A DNA stretch of 64,000 nucleotides from Saccharofermentans sp. GTDB taxonomy: Bacteria > Bacillota > Clostridia > Saccharofermentanales > Saccharofermentanaceae. Under the pieces are notes generated by a model. That model did no database searches, was not told where the DNA came from, and worked only from the letters and a program-made list of their open reading frames with translations. The translations under genes were made by a program, and so were the position numbers. How positions within the stretch are numbered: the stretch's first letter is position 1; each line of letters opens with the position of its first letter. The stretch is taken from contig JAKSRC010000008.1 in the NCBI GenBank assembly GCA_024403855.1, positions 4,584 through 68,583 on the forward strand, written 5' to 3'. This document shows, in pieces, positions 60,764 through 64,000 of this stretch.

Positions 60764-61228
60764 ATGTTAGAAGCAATCAAGGAAGCTGAGAAAGCTATAG
60801 CTCTCGGCGAATGCCCTATTGGATGTGTTCTGGTCAAAGACGGCAAGATCTATGTAAGAGCCCACAACCTCCGCCTAACAAGAGGCAATGCGATAGCTCA
60901 CGCAGAAGTCATCGCAATAGACAAAGCCTGCAAAAAGCTTGGTGACTGGAGGCTTGAAGACTTCGATATGTATGTCACATTAGAGCCCTGCACGATGTGT
61001 TCCGGCGCCATAATCCAGTCAAGAATACGAAAAGTATATTTCGGTGCATATGAGCCAAAAAGCGGCGCAGTTGTATCCTGCAATGACATCTTCAATGTAG
61101 AACACGGCCACAACCACAAAGTTGACTTCGAAGGCGGCCTCATGGAAAAGGAATGCTCCCAGATGATGCTCGACTTCTTCCGCGCAATAAGGAAAAGAGA
61201 CGCCGGCAAAAAGCGTTCTAAGCCTTAA
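60764..61228 (+). CDS. tadA: tRNA adenosine(34) deaminase
   Basis: Zinc-binding motifs HAEVIAI and PCTMCSGA are present. The start is at ATG 60764 after AAAGGAG; the longer track ORF lacks an SD. Confidence 0.9.
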   Translation: MLEAIKEAEKAIALGECPIGCVLVKDGKIYVRAHNLRLTRGNAIAHAEVIAIDKACKKLGDWRLEDFDMYVTLEPCTMCSGAIIQSRIRKVYFGAYEPKSGAVVSCNDIFNVEHGHNHKVDFEGGLMEKECSQMMLDFFRAIRKRDAGKKRSKP

Positions 61229-64000
61229 ACTTCAACAAACTCTCCGTAACGGACAAGATATAAGAGCTTGTGAGCAATTTTCATGCCATCTTCTTCGCAT
61301 GCTGCGGCATAACTTTCAAGTTGGAAAGCATGTCTCTTCTTGGCTTCGTCAGCTCTTTCTTCGGCACTTACGGCATCAATCCTGTCAGTCTTGTAGTCCA
61401 AAATCGTATAACCATCTTCAGTCTTGTAAATCAGGTCAATGATTCCCTGAACAAGAGCAGAATCACCGCCTTCACCGTCAATAAAAACAGAGAAAACGAT
61501 TGGCTTTTCTGATCTTGCAGTGCCCTCATTAAAGCTACTGATTACAGCTTCACATTTAGGATCTTTGCAGAACTTCTCAATACCATCTCTGAATTCGAAA
61601 GCTACTTCCCTGGCCTTATCAGCTGAGCAGATATTGAGATATCCGTCATTTATCAGGGCTTCTATCTCAAGTTCAAAAGAAACACTTCCGCTACGAATAC
61701 CTTCAAGATCGATAAATCTCATTATCCTGTGAAGAATCGTTCCTTTCGCAGCAGCAGTCAGCATCGAAACATTATCACTTGCAAAATCATCAACGCTTCT
61801 GATTTCCATATCAACATGTGTAGTATCCGAAGGCTTACCGTTACCGGCAATCCCTGTTACTGACACCTTGAAAGGAATATCGATGCATTCCTGGTATTTG
61901 TACTCCGGCAATATGAGCTTTCCGTCAGGATCGAACTGAGGCGTTTCCTTTGCTTCAGGCTCAGCCTTATCTTCAGCCGGCTCATCCTTAGTCTTGTGTG
62001 CTTCATAAAGTTTTGAAAGCACGTCTTTTGTAAGCTTTACAACTTCAAATCCTTTGACTTCATTGCCATCAAGATCTTTGAAAGGAATTGCATTAGACGC
62101 CTTAAGATCTGCAACACCTGCCGCATCTCTTAATTCAGCACCGTCCTTACTTCTTGCAAGTGCGCTGAAAAGACAATAAGGAAGCTTTTTATCTCCTATG
62201 AGCCAGTGCTTCTTATCAAATGACTTCTTCTCATATTCAATAGAACTCATGAAAGGATTCTTAATCGGATTGGCTTTAGTTGTATCAGCGAAATTAGAAC
62301 ATGTAATTATCGACAGATTCTCTTCCGCACGTGTAAGAGCAACATAAAGAAGTCTGCACTTTTCCGCATTCGTCTTAAGATCCATCAGCATCTTGTAAAC
62401 ATACTGCTCGAAAGAGTGCTCTCTGGTTATTTTATCCGGATCGTAGTCTTCAGTCATGAAGCCGACTTCCCTGTCAAACATAATGCTTCCAAGATTATCA
62501 TTCTGTTCGCTGTTACCACCTACAGTTACAAGAATAACGAACGGGAATTCAAGTCCCTTACTCTTGTGGACAGTCATGGTCGTTATTTTGTTCTTGCTGG
62601 CATCAGTTACTTCGATATCAGCTTTCTTAATCTGGATCTTCATTTGCTCAAGGCTGTCAGCGATACCGGTTACATCAGAACCTCTTCTCTTGAAGCTTTG
62701 CGATAACCAATCCTTAAAGACATCGAACTTCGAGCTGTCGCCATCTCTTTTCTCAATAGTAGCTTTAATACCTGTCTCTCTGTAGATGAGTTCAATAATG
62801 TCATCGATATCAGATACGAGAGCACTCATTCTTATCCTGTCGAAAACATCAATAAAAGACTTAATGCGCAAAGCAAGTTCGCTTTCTGATTTTTCAGCAA
62901 AAACGCGAAGCCTGAGCATCAATGGCTGCCTCTCAATTGAAGGACCGCTCATCTCATGGATAAATGCCTGAACTTCTGCAAGCTCAGCGACAGTGAAATT
63001 TGAGAACTTATAATTTGAAAGCATTACAGAAGCAACATATTCATCCCTGTACTCATTTCCAATGCAGATAAGGAAATTGATAAGCCTATGAATGTCCATA
63101 TCTTCGAATACATCGGTTGTAAATCTGCCGGATGCTTCAATCTTTCTTCCATCAGACAAAGTGCAGCCGTTCAAATATCTGGCAATTCTTTCCGACTGGT
63201 TATTGGTAGCTGTAATGATGCAGATATCCTTACATTCAGGCCTTGTTCCATCAAGTTTTTTGCCTGTCTCAAGATATCTTCTGACTTCACTTTCAACAGC
63301 CGCAAAGATGGCTCTGTTTTCTTCATTGGTCTTATCGCCGTCATCAGACATCTCAATAGAAGTATCCGCAACGATAATTCTCGGAATATCACCATGCTTT
63401 GTCTCAGTTGCCTTACTGAGTTTCTGACTCTCGTTATATTCGATTTCAGAAGTTTCTTCGCTCATTATCTGCTCGAAAATATAATTCGAGAAAGCCAGCA
63501 CCTCACATGTACTTCTGTGATTTTCCTTAAGATAATGTGTCTGACCATTCTTCTCCTTGGATTCATAAGCCTTCATTCTCTTCAGGAAATTATCAGGAGC
63601 AGCAAAGCGGAATTTATAAATACTCTGCTTAATATCACCTACACGGAATACATTACCCTCAGGCTTTTCGAAGCACTCGATAATCTTATCCTGAAGCATT
63701 GTATTATCCTGATACTCATCAACGAATATCTCAACAAATTTCTCTTTATAGAAAGCTTTTGCTTCATCTTCTTTGAGTATTGCAAGTGCAGTGTGTTCAA
63801 GGTCGGAATAATCCATGCAATGCATGCGATTCTTAATATCAAGATATTCGTCATCTGTCATCTTCAAAAGTTCAACAAATGAACGGCAGGCTTCTGTTCC
63901 TATCTTCTGATTTGTAAGAACCTGTTCCTTTTCAAATGAGAGGAGCTTCGCATACTCTTTGGGCAGGTCGTAACGGTTATTGTATTTCGAATCCTTCATA
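61225..64000 (-). CDS. addA: ATP-dependent helicase/nuclease subunit A (AddA/RexA-like), C-terminal ~925 codons; the 5' end lies beyond the window
   Basis: UvrD-type helicase motifs are present: FVDEYQDN, TVHKSKGLEFPFV and LLYVALTRAEENL. The C-terminal PD-(D/E)xK nuclease motif is GIIDLIYKTEDGYTILDYKTD. The reading frame is open to the window edge. Confidence 0.85.
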   Translation of the reverse strand, partial: MKDSKYNNRYDLPKEYAKLLSFEKEQVLTNQKIGTEACRSFVELLKMTDDEYLDIKNRMHCMDYSDLEHTALAILKEDEAKAFYKEKFVEIFVDEYQDNTMLQDKIIECFEKPEGNVFRVGDIKQSIYKFRFAAPDNFLKRMKAYESKEKNGQTHYLKENHRSTCEVLAFSNYIFEQIMSEETSEIEYNESQKLSKATETKHGDIPRIIVADTSIEMSDDGDKTNEENRAIFAAVESEVRRYLETGKKLDGTRPECKDICIITATNNQSERIARYLNGCTLSDGRKIEASGRFTTDVFEDMDIHRLINFLICIGNEYRDEYVASVMLSNYKFSNFTVAELAEVQAFIHEMSGPSIERQPLMLRLRVFAEKSESELALRIKSFIDVFDRIRMSALVSDIDDIIELIYRETGIKATIEKRDGDSSKFDVFKDWLSQSFKRRGSDVTGIADSLEQMKIQIKKADIEVTDASKNKITTMTVHKSKGLEFPFVILVTVGGNSEQNDNLGSIMFDREVGFMTEDYDPDKITREHSFEQYVYKMLMDLKTNAEKCRLLYVALTRAEENLSIITCSNFADTTKANPIKNPFMSSIEYEKKSFDKKHWLIGDKKLPYCLFSALARSKDGAELRDAAGVADLKASNAIPFKDLDGNEVKGFEVVKLTKDVLSKLYEAHKTKDEPAEDKAEPEAKETPQFDPDGKLILPEYKYQECIDIPFKVSVTGIAGNGKPSDTTHVDMEIRSVDDFASDNVSMLTAAAKGTILHRIMRFIDLEGIRSGSVSFELEIEALINDGYLNICSADKAREVAFEFRDGIEKFCKDPKCEAVISSFNEGTARSEKPIVFSVFIDGEGGDSALVQGIIDLIYKTEDGYTILDYKTDRIDAVSAEERADEAKKRHAFQLESYAAACEEDGMKIAHKLLYLVRYGEFVEV

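Overview
The window looks like a chromosomal segment of a low-GC Gram-positive bacterium, probably class Clostridia. That assignment is an inference from strong GGAGG-type Shine-Dalgarno sites, a Cheo-type LexA box at recA, and the acpP-rnc-smc-ftsY gene order. About two thirds is densely packed housekeeping, almost all on the minus strand. From the left this is pnp (partial), nadE, rpsO, hppA, ftsY, smc, rnc, acpP, pgsA, rimO, recX and recA. It continues with an L,D-transpeptidase, murJ, a cinA C-terminal domain gene, ftsK, a Nudix hydrolase, rnhA, proC and tRNA-Trp. At the right end are an RnfC/RnfD-like operon, sigA, tadA and addA (partial).

Roughly 36.3-53.5 kb is accessory. It holds orphan membrane and regulator genes and a GGDEF cyclase. 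It also holds a nine-gene, translationally coupled plus-strand operon (41.4-47.0 kb) that I cannot assign to any named system. That operon encodes an XRE regulator, two different calcineurin-type metallophosphoesterases, two small zinc-ribbon proteins and four proteins of unknown function. It also encodes a ClpX-like AAA+ unfoldase that keeps the pore-1 and IGF loops but has a novel N-domain. It is my main candidate for an undescribed system, possibly a conflict or defence system.

Directly to its right are a ParE/Phd toxin-antitoxin pair and a tRNA-Arg(CCT) integration hotspot. The 3' 45 nt of that tRNA occur three times as perfect direct repeats. These delimit two tandem elements that lack an integrase. 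One is 1.2 kb and carries a zeta/COG4185-like two-gene module. The other is 4.2 kb and carries blaI plus a giant blaR1-like gene. The two elements share a conserved 83-bp arm.

I saw no CRISPR array, rRNA, transposase or integrase gene. All calls come from reading the translations and the DNA by eye; no database search was run.
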